A stretch of 64,000 nucleotides of DNA, taken from NCBI GenBank assembly GCA_002633005.1, contig NMRA01000665.1:62001-126000 (forward strand), given 5' to 3'. The DNA is from Phoronis australis. Lineage: Eukaryota > Animalia > Phoronida. Of this stretch, positions 26,901-39,695 are shown in pieces. The notes beneath the pieces were generated by a model. That model was not told the origin of the DNA and searched no databases. It was given only the letters and a program-made list of their open reading frames with translations. A program made the translations under genes and the position numbers. Every line of letters starts with the position of its first letter. Position 1 is the stretch's first letter.

Positions 26901-29828
26901 AACGAACTGGATTTAAATATGGATTTGGAATCCATTGTCGTCTGAAGATGAAACTTAACGAGAGATGCTGAATTTTAAAATGGTGAAAGTAACCAGAGGA
27001 TGACTTGACATCCATCACGTGGTCCTAATAAAAGTCTGACATCTAATAAGTATGTAAACTGTGAGCAGAATTAAATCGTGTTGCCATGATGAGTTACACG
27101 GGAGCAAGCATTTTTATGCGAAGAACATTAATTGCTTCACTGCCAACATGTCAGCAGTGAAGTTCCCCATTACACAACGATGCTCTTTTGGGGCTAAGTA
27201 AGTGCAAGATTAAAAGTTACATAAAAACACGAATCACAGTGGAAATGGCAATTAAGAAAGAAGTCATTTAAGAGGAGTTTTAATATGTTGTTGCAAACAC
27301 TTGGAGTTCTCAATGAAAACTGAATGTCCTATCAGGTTAGCCTAAAAACAAATCCATTTTGTACTTACTCTGGTCACATCTTCGAAAAAGAAGTCATGGC
27401 TGCCGACATTTCCGACCAAATAAATTGGAGCGCTGGCCGCAATGGCTCCGTCCACCAAATTTGGGTATTTGAACCTCATGTAGGCACTGAGCATACCTCC
27501 GTAGCTTAAAGTAAGGAATAAAAGAAAAATGCTGGTCAAGTTTAACAGTTTAGCTAGAATAATGTACATTACTACCATACTGAGTACCTCGGATATACGC
27601 AAACCGATCACATGGCTATTATGTGGAGAATATCTGCTTACACTGGTCATCACTCAGATTCCCTCAGCCCCAGACAACTTTAATGATGCCTATTCAGCCC
27701 GTCCTTTGTATTGATGAAAATCTGAGCTAATGAAGAAAAAAGGTAATAGCTAGCGCTACTCTCGGCAATGGTGGTTGTTATTACTACCAAACTTTTTTTC
27801 TGGCATTTGCACAGAGTTACAGCCTACAAATGCGGAGAGCAGTTTTAACTTCCTTTGGTACTTTTTAAATATTACAAAATGACTAAAAAATTATCTTGAC
27901 AAAGGGTCACTTCCCAAGAGAACGATGGTTTAAAACATGTTTCATACCGGTTTTCGTTACTTCATTTTTAATTCTCCTGTCTAGTATTTTTTCTTACAGA
28001 GAACAGGATGATATCTTTTTGTTTTATAATTTTAAACTTGAAGTACCATATAAACAGTGGTAGATTTTGATCGTCAGCAAAACTTAGTTTAGTTAATGGT
28101 GAACCCATCCCTGAACTTTCCAAATTACAGCTGCTACTCTAAACATTTCACAGTGAACAAAACCACACGTCATCAGTTCAAGTTTAATCTCAGAACTCAG
28201 ACAAATAATATATACAGAAGTACGAATTTGGCGATAGTCAAACTGAAGAATCTCCGACTACATAACTAATCTAGCTTTTTGTCAGTCATAAGAAATGAAG
28301 ACTGGGCACAAGTTAAGTACAACTGTTTCCTAGTCAAAAATCTGGTTATACGCGACTGAAAGAATATTAATTAAAAGAATAATTCATGTGATATTGTTAG
28401 CTCTGATGGGCATTTGTAAATCCACAGAGCATGTCAATACACATGCTCGTTTATCTTCAATCGTACCTAATGTTTGTACTTTTTAGTTTATTAGTGCATC
28501 GGTTTTTAAAATTGGGAAACCTTGCTTGGTTGTTTTTTCCTGCTGAATACCGCTGAGGTGTTCAGTTTTAACGAAAATTATTGGTTGATGCAGTTTGAAA
28601 ATTGCCCAGTATGTACAGGCAGAGATGTTTACTACAGTTTATGGTCGGGTAATTACGCTTAATTAGGTCTTGCTCGCACCAGACAATACGGTCATCACAG
28701 CCGTATCCAGCTCCGGTGCTGCACTCTCTTTGATCCTAGTATAAGCCGCTGTGAAGGAGAGTCGTGAAAATTCTTGCATATGTCAATTGTCATACAGTGT
28801 TTGATTTTACTTTATTTCTCTTTCTGTTGACAAAGGACGTTATTACATAAGAAAATGTCAGTTGATACATTCTTGTATACCTATGCATATCTTTAACATG
28901 AATTCCTTGTAAGCGTATTATTCACAGTTTGATGCTTCTACAATCTAGCTACAAGACCTTCTAAATCAGTCAACAGGGCACAGTGAATGAGCATGAGCAA
29001 TTTGGTCCCTGGGATTTAAGCTTCGTCACATGGATGGAGTATTTTGGAAGCATGTGAAATTTAGGGATGCCAGTTTGGAGATTTGAAGTGAGTGTTTGGT
29101 ATTTTTAGCTATAATTTGGAGGCATTGGCTTTACTCAAAAGTCAATTTTTGTTTGGATTCAATTTGTGGAAGATCATTACTTCTCAAGTACTATAATGTG
29201 AGACACATGGTTAAACCTGGTATGAGCATAACTCAAGGATTCAAACATAAACTGCTTGAAAGATAGTGGCTTGAACACAGTTAAATGCATCTCTAATTCA
29301 GTTTGTGCCATTTAGTCAATCAAATCAGTCCTGCTTTCAAATCACCTTGTGTCAAAAGTTATGACAATTTTGATTTTCAGCAACACAGTTTGTCACTTAT
29401 TCCATTCTCAGATAAGTAACAATTTCTTGAATTGGAATAGCCAAATGCAGTAAGTACATGTTTCGATTGGGGCCCTTTGTTTAGCTCTGTAATACGTGGA
29501 TTGCTTTAATGAAGAAATACACAACTAATAGGATGTATTTCAGTGTGAAATTTGAGACTCCTGATCTGCATCTACAGCAATTCACATCTGGGATATAGCA
29601 TCTGGCTCTGTGTCTATTGGGACGTCAATCTCAAACAGTTCACAATTCCAAGTGAATTACCTACCTGCCTCCAAACACTATTACAGGGGAGAGACTAGCG
29701 TTCAAAGACTTCTTGAGATATGTAATCAAAACAGCGTAATCAGCCATCGCTTCCTCCGATGTTAATGCACCGATGAATGGCTTCTCAAAACTTCTGTTGC
29801 CAAACGGTAATGAGTCTCCATAGAAACG
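14841..29828 (-). CDS. DPP7: Dipeptidyl peptidase 2 (DPP-II/QPP, peptidase family S28); 10 exons found, 5' exons not found
   Basis: Phase-consistent exons give [66 protein letters not shown] and [12 protein letters not shown]. The CADPTGCG motif and exon boundaries fit DPP7 rather than PRCP. Confidence 0.93.
15923..16168 (+). mobile_element. Degenerate hAT-like MITE (CAGGGCTTGGAATGACCAAT family)
   Basis: First 20 bp identical to the start of the 54911 element; body resembles 755-927. Confidence 0.55.
16985..17055 (-). CDS. DPP7: DPP7 exon [24 protein letters not shown] (catalytic His)
   Basis: 71-bp exon with cacag acceptor and gtacgt donor. Confidence 0.93.
17756..17970. repeat. 42-bp minisatellite, ~5 copies, in a DPP7 intron
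   Basis: Unit ACTGGTAWAGCTCAGTAGTSCAGTATGTACCATATTCTGCTC. Confidence 0.9.
19242..19306 (-). CDS. DPP7: DPP7 exon [22 protein letters not shown] (catalytic Asp)
   Basis: 65-bp exon with ttgcag acceptor and gtaatg donor. Confidence 0.93.
19740..19845. repeat. Degenerate (ATAAT)n-type microsatellite
   Basis: Visible 5-bp periodicity. Confidence 0.7.
20115..20259. repeat. 28-bp minisatellite, 5 copies, in a DPP7 intron
   Basis: Unit TTCACGTTGATCTGCCCTGCTCATACTA. Confidence 0.9.
20761..20917 (-). CDS. DPP7: DPP7 exon [19 protein letters not shown]...QMWGK
   Basis: ttgcag acceptor, G|gtaaat donor. Confidence 0.93.
20902..21288. repeat. 32-bp minisatellite, 12 units, overlapping the acceptor of the DPP7 ACTE exon
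   Basis: Unit TTATCTCAGTGCATGMCTACAACAGATCAAYR; the first unit spans the exon-intron junction at 20917/20918. Confidence 0.92.
21896..22020 (-). CDS. DPP7: DPP7 exon MYYNGS...[19 protein letters not shown]
   Basis: ctttag acceptor, CAG|gtctg donor. Confidence 0.93.
22750..22837 (+). repeat. Old dispersed repeat family; related pieces at ~14640-14745, 19856-19890 (-), 37652-37752, 46825-46856 and 49965-49992
   Basis: Shared GAACATGGTAAAGCATTAA and TGTGTCCTAAATTGGTGAGATT-like motifs. Confidence 0.55.
23013..23073 (-). CDS. DPP7: DPP7 exon [20 protein letters not shown]
   Basis: 61-bp exon with gtag acceptor and gtaagt donor. Confidence 0.88.
23488..23683. repeat. Foldback (inverted-repeat) MITE-like element in a DPP7 intron
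   Basis: GCTCCTTTC/GAAAGGAGC, TGTGGTCAAAGGTCATG/CATGACCTTTGACCACA and ATACAAGCAGACG/CGTCTGCTTGTAT are each complementary pairs. Confidence 0.7.
23726..23886 (-). CDS. DPP7: DPP7 exon [12 protein letters not shown]...[26 protein letters not shown]
   Basis: ttttag acceptor, AAG|gtgag donor. Confidence 0.93.
24940..25917 (+). mobile_element. Older copy related to the 59.1-60.2 kb HINE
   Basis: Repeated TGCCACTAGGGG-like cores; ends GTGGGCACATAAAAAA; left boundary approximate. Confidence 0.5.
26118..26205 (-). CDS. DPP7: DPP7 exon [29 protein letters not shown]
   Basis: ttgtag acceptor, G|gtttgt donor; phases match both neighbours. Confidence 0.88.
27369..27504 (-). CDS. DPP7: DPP7 exon (S)[27 protein letters not shown]...DVTR; catalytic Ser codon is split by the intron
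   Basis: S28 nucleophile motif; gtaagt donor. Confidence 0.95.
29665..29828 (-). CDS. DPP7: DPP7 exon [10 protein letters not shown]...PVIVFGG(S)
   Basis: ttttcag acceptor, AG|gtaggt donor. Confidence 0.92.
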
Positions 29829-32800
29829 CTGAAAATATGGAAATTGAAGATGTTTTGTTTCCTATTATCCCGGTATCACGCGGCAGATCAGAAAGCATGA
29901 AATTAATGAAATATGGCTAAGGATGTTGTAAAATTTTCTCGCAAATGAATAAAGATATTTTGGATTAAGTTATGCGGGAAACGGGAACAATGCAGTACAT
30001 GGGAGAAACAAAACTGCTCAAAAGATCACAGTAAAAGAGCTGCAACCAGGTGCCTGCATTTTGCTTTTTTGATTGGCAGTCATAATCTGGCCCATTGTCC
30101 TCTCAGTCATATAGACTTTTAGATATAGCATACTTCTTTGGTCCAGCCGTCTGACAAACCAGATAATTAACCCTGACAAACTCTTCCTGATGATTCCATA
30201 AAGTGACAATGACTGATTTAAATGAAATTTGATTGAGATTATTAGAGATAACTTTGTCTAAAAAAGTCCTCAGTAAGGTAGGACTTGATTTCAGGGGTTT
30301 AAAAGAACTGAGTTTGTCATATACCTTGAGATAAGGGTCTACAAATAGACTTGCAAAATCATTTTACAATGCGCTAAGTAAAGTATCAGACAAGGTATAA
30401 CAGACTGTTCATTTCAGACTCAGAAGTCATTTTCTGTAACATTTTTGATGAATGTTAGAATAATGTAACCATTAATTATAAAATTGATAATAAACTTGAA
30501 AAACAAATGTAATAATTAATATCAGTTAACTATTTAATGTAATAATTAATATCAGTTAACTATTTTGAAAGTCACAAATATTTTGAGGACTTGTTAAAAC
30601 AACTTGTGGTGGTAAACTTGATTATTGCACAATTTCTCGTTATTGTAAACAACTTGTTGTGGTAAACTTGAGTATTGCACAATTTCTTCAGAAAAGCTTT
30701 AGTTCTGCTAATTTCCCAGTGTAGTTCTGACAAACAGGATATGATCATCAAAACATGTTTTGGAGTGGTCAGCCACAGGTGGGTTGATTCTAAGAAACAC
30801 CCACACGGATGTACTTATGCCTTGACCAGTGTCCATGTGATGTTTTCATATCTTAGAGTATAAATATTTTTGGAGCAGAAATAAGCATCATTCTCATAAG
30901 AAAAAGTTAAGAGACAACGAAGCACAGTAACTTTGGAGAATCAAGTATTTTAGGCAGATAACTGCGTCTGTAGAGTTTCAAGGAGTGTATTCAGTCACTG
31001 ACAAGGATCATACTGATACACAAAACAAGAATTGGATGTTCATGCGTGGATAAGATCAAAGGGAGCAATTTCTAAGTCTCATTAGAGTTTATGAGCTATG
31101 AAATGTTCTAAGATATAATGTGTTTTAAGATAAATGTTGGTTTGTAAAATGTGATTTATACCAATTCAGTTAGATTTGAGTAATTTTGACATATTTCTTA
31201 GAGTGACTACTGTTAACAGTTTAATTTAGATTCAGTTTTATGTAATATTGTTTGAAAATTACAGCTCCCCCTAAGTAAGATAACAAGTTTCCTTGTCAAA
31301 CCTCCTCATTTACTAATCATTTACTAATGCAATTAAACACAACTTACACTACAATATGGATATTTGCACTACAATATGAATATTTGTAATTAACTTTCAC
31401 TGGTGATCTTTCATGATGGCATTCTCTCTGCTATTTTTAAAGTCTTTGTATTCAGCTACAGCTTGCCACATACAAGATTGTCACTCAACTTGTCCTGTCA
31501 GTGTTTTCAAGTCTAAGGCAAACTAGCAACTGCACTCACACAGATAATACTTACATTTCATAGAATCAATTACAGACATCTTCATGTTAATTTATTTCAA
31601 TAGCATACATGATTGCAAATACAGGATAACAAAACAATGCAATAAAACAACAAATAAAATTAGGAATTAGGATTCCCTCTCAACATTAATACTATCCAGT
31701 AGTTCTATTCTTCTCTTCATTAGCGCACAATGTGACCAGCAAGCTTGCAGTGTGTAGACGTCACAGTAACATTTACTAAAATTCCCATAATTTGTAAACA
31801 GGTAATCAGCCAAAGAATATGAAATTTTGGGAATCATTTTTGGGCAAAATAATTGGAGAATGTTATGCAAAATATGTGGAAAATTTCAATTCAAAGTAAC
31901 AGACAAATTAATCAAGGGTTACCAAATTATTAAAAACCAGAATAAATAAAGTTGGTTGAGCAAGCTAACCTCTGCTTTGCAGTGGCAATTAGCACAGTAC
32001 CTGCTCAAAGGAATCAATGAATTCTGATCAGTCACTTATGTACAGTGAAAGAGGTTAACTCACCGAATCAAAAATAAAATTATAACCATAGGACTTAAGA
32101 TTTTTGTAAAGATGATCCACTGACCATGTAGAGGCTATAATTAACACCACTTGACAAGAATATAGGCTTCAATCTACAACACTAGTAATGAGGAGAGTTC
32201 ACTAGCTTAACATTCCAATTATCAGAGGATCATTTAACAGAGTGTAAAGTCTGTCAGCCTGGTAGAGGAATTTCAGCAGGTAACAAGAACAGCCACTTTT
32301 CGTTTGAATGTTTTCTTTGAAAAGGACCATTTCACTGTTTCTACAAATTATAAAGACGAAATGGGATTTGCCTTCATTCAGATGTGGTGAAAAATAAAAC
32401 TAAGCCATCCTTGAAATTTCGAAATTAGTGCACTGCCAGAGAACTTATTGAGAATTTAGTGCTATGATTACAATGATGTCACCGCACTTTGGTACGGTCC
32501 CAATTGCAACTTTGACGACCCCCAGCAGAGGGGCAAATTCACTATGGTCTGGACCCAAACCATGATACTGTGATAGTACCGTATTAGTTTTTACAGGTAC
32601 CATGTCAGCATAGGTTGCCCCAGAAGCAAGGAGAATCAAGGAATAAGCATTAATGGGTTGGTAAAACTGGATTCTGGTTTCACAACTTAGGCACCTCTTC
32701 AATGATAAGTGCAACAAGAGCCTAAGGTACGTTACAACCTTGTACAGTGCTGTGAACCTAACAGCAATTTAGCAGATTCACCCAGACACCTTTGATACAG

Positions 32801-35161
32801 CATATATATCCAAACAGTTTCTAAAATTTTGACGATTTTTTGTCAGAGTTATGGAGAAAACCGGGCACTAGTAAATGAGATGAAAAATAACCCTAAATTG
32901 TTTGGAAAATGGTCAGAAATTTTGTTATTGAAATTTCAGTGATTTTTGATGAGATGAAATATTGCCAGCTTATTAAAAACTTCACATTCACCGGTTGACA
33001 GAGCTAGTTACTAGTAAAATGTTTAAAAATGAAGATGGCATTAGGGGTACAAACAACCTAAGCTCAAATTGTCCAAATAAAGATTAAAATATACATTTTC
33101 TGTTTGAAACAGCACCAGTATCATAAAGCTCTCAGCAAGAAAACATTATTACCAAAGTGGTAGTGTCTTTCTTAAGGCCCCTGGCCTAATATTTGCACTC
33201 AAAATCTAAACATTTTTGACATTTTCCATTCTACTTTAGTATAAATTGAAGATTGATGACTGTTATCTGAGCTCAAGTACGTTATCGTTTATCCTAATGA
33301 GTATCTAGTCCAGGTTCACACTCGATGTCCCTAATAGGTTTGGGCTTCGAACTCGATAAAAAATTGTGGTTTTTCAGTAAAATCTAAATTTTTTATTTCA
33401 AACTCGCAGCGATAATGCTAGATTTATCAAGTGCAAGTCAGGAATTACACAGTCACCCACATACAACATAGTGTAATCAAATACAAATTAACAGACCACT
33501 TATCTTGAGTTCGCTCAGAAACAAAATGCCAATGGCAAAAATAACTTCAGAGTTTGATTTGACGTACAAAGATAAGACCCCTCCTTCAGGTCTCGGCTAC
33601 ATATGCATTACCACCGAAATGGCCAGTAACTGTAATCATTGCAAATAAACGTAACATGAAAAATATCACATTTATTTGGAATTTCCCAAGGGTAACCTAG
33701 CTTACAAGATAGAGATACAAATTAAAACATGCCTGTAGACTACTTGTTTTGGATGTAGGTGAATTCAATAAATCTTGTGGTCTCAAGTTATTAATTTATC
33801 TGCTGCTAATCTGCTTACTCAGACAATCAGTGATTGAATTTTCACCCACTTCAATGTTGAAAATAAGCCAAGGGTTACCCAATTTGCTCACAAAATATAA
33901 TCACAGCTGGAAAGATCAATTGACACAAGCACACAGAAAGGTGGATATATTTGTTGAATTCACTACTTTGTGGAAGTTGAGGCAAAAACGCAGGAGCTCT
34001 GACAAAAACTAACTTGCAAATTTAGTAAATTTTTGCTCTGAACTTTTTACAGTTCTCCTAAAATAGATTTTGAGTGCAGCAAATAATGGATTTGTGATCA
34101 AATCATTGTGTGACTAACTTTGATATTGATGCACGAAGATACATTTCGATTGTATTGTTAGGGTGAATTTTCACCTTTAGGTCTCAGTGAAAAAATACCC
34201 AAATTCATCCAAGAACAAATGATAGGCCAATCGATCTTCTAAGTGTATATTGCCCTGAACCCATAATTTTGACAACAGCGAGGAACATTAAATGCATAAT
34301 AATTAATATACCACCATAAGGTGTAAATGACAGTGCTTGGTTGTTCACATATTAATGCTTTGTCATGGTGTATATTCTTTTGACTCAAAAGACATTCTGA
34401 AGTACACTGGAATATGGTAAAACAAGTATTTTACATGCCAAAGGCTGCAGTTATGTAGGGAATTAACATTTGTTAAATAACATCTTTCAGGCAAAGTCTC
34501 AGTTGCAATCAGACAATTAATCATACCCAGGCACGGATCCAGGGGAGACAGAGCACACACTCCCTTCATTTTACATTGCCTAGGTCTAATGAAGGGATGT
34601 CAAAACACCCACCATGATTAAGAAATCTCTCTTCAGAAATAATTGCCAAATAGAACTATTTCCATTTTCAACTATTGACTACATTTGGTTTATAATAGCT
34701 GTCCAGCAGAAATCGTGTCTATGGTGAACGTTTCATCAATGTTATATTTTTATAGCTGCAGTTCAAACTGTTAAGCATGATAAAATCAAAAATAGAATTG
34801 AACATTTTACCTCTTTGATTCATAAAATCGGTCCATAGCGCTCATGCACAATCTTGACTGCATAATTTTACCCCTCTAAACTGTGGGGCACTTTCTTGAA
34901 TTGCTGGTGGTTTCGATGTTCTTGTCCATCATGAAAACAGAATCTTGTTATGGTAAAGAATTTTTCGACAAGACCGATATTATAAATTAAAGTAAAAGGC
35001 TCAATTTAATTTTCATTTTTTTCTAGCTCTATGCAGCCACACCAAGAATATTGTGTTTTTAATTGAAAAGCCAGTGCTTACCATATCTATTATCGAACAA
35101 ATTGGATAAAATTTTGGATCCGCAGCTAGATGCCACACTCTAAAATTGTTAGTGTTTTGTC

Positions 35162-36178
35162 TTACACTTGTGTTGCCCTAGATTGGGGCCTTCTGAAGAG
35201 ATTTCTTTTGTAGCAAAACAAGAGCCTAAGTCCCCTACGGTAAGACGTGGAGAATGAGGTGTAGACAAAGAACTTCCAACATGAGTTTCCAACAGCTAAC
35301 CACATTAAATAAAACTCCAAATCCTCCCACACAGCCAGTTTTGCCACAGCCACATTGACAATAATGTACACTTGAGAAATGCACCACGGTACCCAAGAAA
35401 ATAGAAAGACTACAGCGACGACAATATTGACAACATAATTGTTTGGAATATTACGCAACTCATCAATCAAGCCGCTCTCGAATAGTTCTCGTTTCTCTTT
35501 GTACGACTTGGAGCAAATGTACAAGTTAGTGAAGGCAAGAGCAAACGCCGGAGGAACGGCAACGAGAATGCCGCAGGTGATGAAATACGCCATCTGAGAT
35601 TTCCAGTCGATAATGCACAGTTTGGCAGCAGGATAGTACTTGGCGCGGAACTGACCGAATAGTGGTGGTGCGCATATACTGCAAGCTGTGACCCAGGTCA
35701 GTACGATCCAGCATATGAAACGTGTCCGTTGACCTTTCTGACACTCATACTTGAGAGGTTTTTTCACAGCCATATAATTGTCTGTACTGACCAGCACGAA
35801 AGAGTACAAGGAAGCTATCCATAATATGGCTGCTAGGTAGGCTTCAATTTGGCAAAATGTTTCGCCGTATATCCAACTGGGGAACAATGATGTCAGGAAT
35901 GAAAAGGGGGTCACCAGTATTCCAATCGCCAGATCAGCCAACGTCAACGAGCACAGATAAAACCTGTTCATGGTGCGTAAAGCACTGGTTTTAAACAAGA
36001 TAAGCAATGTGATGATATTCGTCGAAACAATCAGGAGTGTTTCCAAAAGTATGACATAACTGCGGAAGTCGAACTTCATTTGCGTAGTGCCATCCACAGT
36101 CGAGTCCGTGTCCCTAGTGATAGGAGATGTAAGAGTCTCAGCAAGAACAGAGGTTGTCTGCACCTGACTCATTTTCAT
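35162..36178 (-). CDS. Rhodopsin-like (class A) orphan GPCR, uninterrupted CDS, loosely GPR21/GPR52/GPR161-like
   Basis: 338-aa ORF with seven hydrophobic segments. Motifs: TM1 Asn, TM2 SLTLADL, ECL1 WIYGETFC, TM3 DNYMAVKKPLKY, TM4 W..PP, TM6 SWVP, TM7 WLAVGNSCWKFFVY, helix 8 YRRGL. Confidence 0.95.
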   Translation of the reverse strand: MKMSQVQTTSVLAETLTSPITRDTDSTVDGTTQMKFDFRSYVILLETLLIVSTNIITLLILFKTSALRTMNRFYLCSLTLADLAIGILVTPFSFLTSLFPSWIYGETFCQIEAYLAAILWIASLYSFVLVSTDNYMAVKKPLKYECQKGQRTRFICWIVLTWVTACSICAPPLFGQFRAKYYPAAKLCIIDWKSQMAYFITCGILVAVPPAFALAFTNLYICSKSYKEKRELFESGLIDELRNIPNNYVVNIVVAVVFLFSWVPWCISQVYIIVNVAVAKLAVWEDLEFYLMWLAVGNSCWKFFVYTSFSTSYRRGLRLLFCYKRNLFRRPQSRATQV

Positions 36179-37330
36179 AGCATGTTGATCCCTTCAGTTT
36201 TAAGGAAATTATCAGCACACTCTCAAGCAACCTTCTTCAAGACTGCTATTTACAATATGGAACCTCATCACTGCTTGCTTGACAACTCGTACTATAAACA
36301 CTCCCCTCTTCCATGTGCCACGATTCCAGAATCAATACACCGTGTCAGTACAACGAGCACCCTTCAAGTTTATATCACTTTAATTAATTCCACTGTCTGA
36401 CTCAAAGAAAGTGAAGAGAACTGACTAACCAGACTTCATTTCCTCAAGTGGTATTTTGCCAAGTACAATGCAGTCACTTGCACTGACTCACTCTATCTCA
36501 AACACATGGTTCAGAGGTATAATTAGTCCAATCAAAACACCCACAAATATGCCTACTTAAAAAATATGTGTCCCAACCATTGTCTTGCCTGGTTAGATAC
36601 AGTCTTTAGCATCACGAAACACATAAGACCTAGTCGGATGAGAGTAGGATGACACAGTCACAGACACAGGCCTGCTGTGAATAACAGGAGGTTGAACAGT
36701 TTGTTCCGCATTGTTTCATTGTACTTCCGAGAAAGTGAGACAACCACAGCAACCATCTGGGTCTTCGCAAAGATCTCACTGGATGCCGATAAGCTGGTTT
36801 CCTCCCATTAAAAAACCCACAAGTCTGAGTCACCAAAACCTTGTCATCTCAGCTAGCTGTGCCATTATAAACACATCCATGTAATTCCCACAAAAGGTCA
36901 CCTCTGGATGTCATGTTTGTCAAGCACTTGCCAAGCTCAGCATAACCTAATTAGCAACTTGGTTAAGGCAAACAGGCTTGCACTGATTAATATGTTTGAT
37001 GAGAACCTTAATTAACTTGTTCAACCTTGATACCAACACTAGGATTACACTTCTGAATGGGCACTGATTGCGGACAGCTTATTCAGATCCTTTCTTCAAC
37101 ACGATCATGTCGGTCATGTACATGGAAAATCTCATCTGTAAGCTTTTCTTGGAGCTTGAACAGGCATTAGTAGATTCCTCCCTAACATCGTATTACAGGA
37201 GATAAAATGGGCAGCTCCCGACACTTGATTGCTTATTTATGAAGTCATTGTCACACTCCAGATATCCAGTGTCTGCGTTTCATCAGTAAGTCCACCCACA
37301 GCGACGCACATCTTTCTGCTTGAAACTTGT
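36179..37330 (-). other. Putative long 5' UTR portion of the GPCR coding exon, containing uORFs
   Basis: Acceptor gaatttcag ends at 37331; more GC-balanced than the flanking sequence; uORF at 37311-37237. Confidence 0.4.
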
Positions 37331-39695
37331 CTGAAATTCATCAAGACATAAAAATTAACAATATAACAATCCTAAAGTGTAAATTGATGTTGAGTTTTAC
37401 AGCTAATGCTGACGTTAGTACTTTGTTCATTTTTCAAAACAAATCCAGAACTAGTAACATGTTAATTATTTAGTTATTAAAACCAGTTATTGAAAATAAT
37501 TGCCAACACTCACAGTAAAATGTCAATTGAATTTTGAACAAGATTAATCACCAAAATTGCTATTTTTATCATTTGTTAAGGGCTCCTAACAGTGGTGAGA
37601 ATGGACACAATTTTTCAAAATACTGTCACCAGATGGCAGCTATGGCACAGATCTGGAACATGGAAAAGCACTGATTTGGTGCAGTTGTGTGAAAAATTGA
37701 GAAAATGGAATTTCACTTGTCCCTCATATTGTGTCATAAGTTGGTGAGATTTTAAAGTGTTTTTCAAATTCCCAAAAGGCCTTAGACCTGAAAAACAAAA
37801 TTATGAAGCACTGCTAAAAACAGCCACATCGAATTAAACTCATGCCAATGATGACTCATTGTTAGAAGCAAGTCATATGACAAAACAAAGTCCCACAGTT
37901 CCACCAAGCCTTATGCTAGATAACAAGGTGAAGATTCATCATGATGTCCGCACCACATCAAGGTCTAAGCAGTAAGAGTAAGATGATGATTTTGTGTTTG
38001 ACATAATTTATGCAGGTTCCTTGACAATGTGTTGATGACAAAACAAAATAAAGGCTACCAATATCAATGAGAACACGCTGAGTTTCGTAATATACAATCG
38101 TCATGTATGTAAAGGCAGTTAGGTGATATTTTGGTGCAAAATGGTCAGGTAAAAATTGTAGAATCCCCCAAAACAGGTAAATGAAGAAAGCGTAGGTTAA
38201 AATCCCAGGTCAACTCAAGTCTTAGAACAGACGAACTGCTGCGGTGTAAGAATCAAGGTATGGATCACCTGTTATTCACTAGTAGAAAGTGCAAGAAAAC
38301 AATAGTTGGCATGATAAATGCTGCATGATACCCTAAACTCACAAATCACCAACTGCACACAGAGTCAAAAATAGAACACTTACAGAAATTCTACACCTTT
38401 TTCACACAAAGAATAGAAAGGACAACTGGGATTTTACTATGATTGTCAAACTTTTCCATAAAGATACACAGATTTTTACTTTGTTAGAAGCATACCTACA
38501 ATAATCCCATCACCTATAGCACACAATGTGCTGGAACATGTGAAAGTTTATATTTAGACTCGAGGGTGGGAGCTAGGCATTGCTGGAGCTGGTGACCACT
38601 ATACACGTCAAAACCAAATCAAATGAACGCCATGAGAGAGGTGATGGTCATTGAATTTAACCAGCCAATTCATTAAAAATAGCATGGATGGGTTTAAGAA
38701 CCTTTTGAAAAAAGACCTCTGCTAAAAATCAAGTGATGAGCATTTTCTCTTCAAACAATGAGGCTTAAATTTTAAAACAAGTCAAGATCACTAGCTCTTT
38801 TTCTTTGGCATCATCTTTCTGTACTATGAAGATGTCAAAAAAGCAATAATTGGTCAAGTTTACCCATTACTTGTTGCAAAGTAAACCCACGCTGAAAAAT
38901 AGAGAATGGTAATTATTTTTGTGTGAAATAGTTGAAGAATTAACAATGACCGTTGATTTTTTTCAATAAGTTGGCAGAGTCAGAAAACAGTTACACCAGA
39001 ACAATATTTGTTGCAAAAACGATCACTTCTGCACACAACATCATGTATTCTACAGTTGTCAGAAACATTATTTCTACTATTACAACAAGTAGCTTCCAAA
39101 TTCAGTGTTCTGCATCATAGAAACTGCCTGTAGTAAACTGCAATATGTACAATGAACTGGATCCAAAGGTAATCAAAAATAGTGTACTAACTTGAAATGA
39201 CAAATATGTCATGATGTTAAATCATCACCAGTAGTTCTTAAACTTGATGGCTCTGATTTTAGGTCAAATCAATACACGAAAACAAACAACAAGTGATTAG
39301 CAAACAATGTCATGGTTCATAACTCAAACCATGAGTGCCATTCATGTTCATCTCATAGGAGAGCTGGGTTTCCTAAGAAAGGAATTGTCTCTGGACTCTG
39401 TATACAGTGTTGTAAATATATCTTCACCAGAGCTTTTTAATTTAACTGTATGTAGTGTTGTAAAATGACAACAATGGCTAAAGTGCGGTAACCTCAACAC
39501 CCCAAAACACTTTATTGTAACACCTTACTGCAGTAAGTTATTGCAGCAACTCAAGGACATGGAGAACATCTTGATTAGAAAAAATAGAAATGAAGCAATT
39601 TTAGCAGTTGTTTTAAAAGTAAGCCAGTACATGGCAATATTTGGTGAACAAAAAAATGAAAGCGCTCTGAGGAGCTAAACTTGGCGAAATTAACA

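Noticed and set aside
31555-31586. Candidate first exon MKMSVIDSMK with a gtaagt donor, upstream of DPP7
   Set aside because: Its phase 1 donor is incompatible with the phase 0 acceptor at 29828, and it is not a signal peptide.
35240-35300. TM7 lysine suggesting an opsin
   Set aside because: The Lys is at 7.49, not the retinal-binding 7.43 position.
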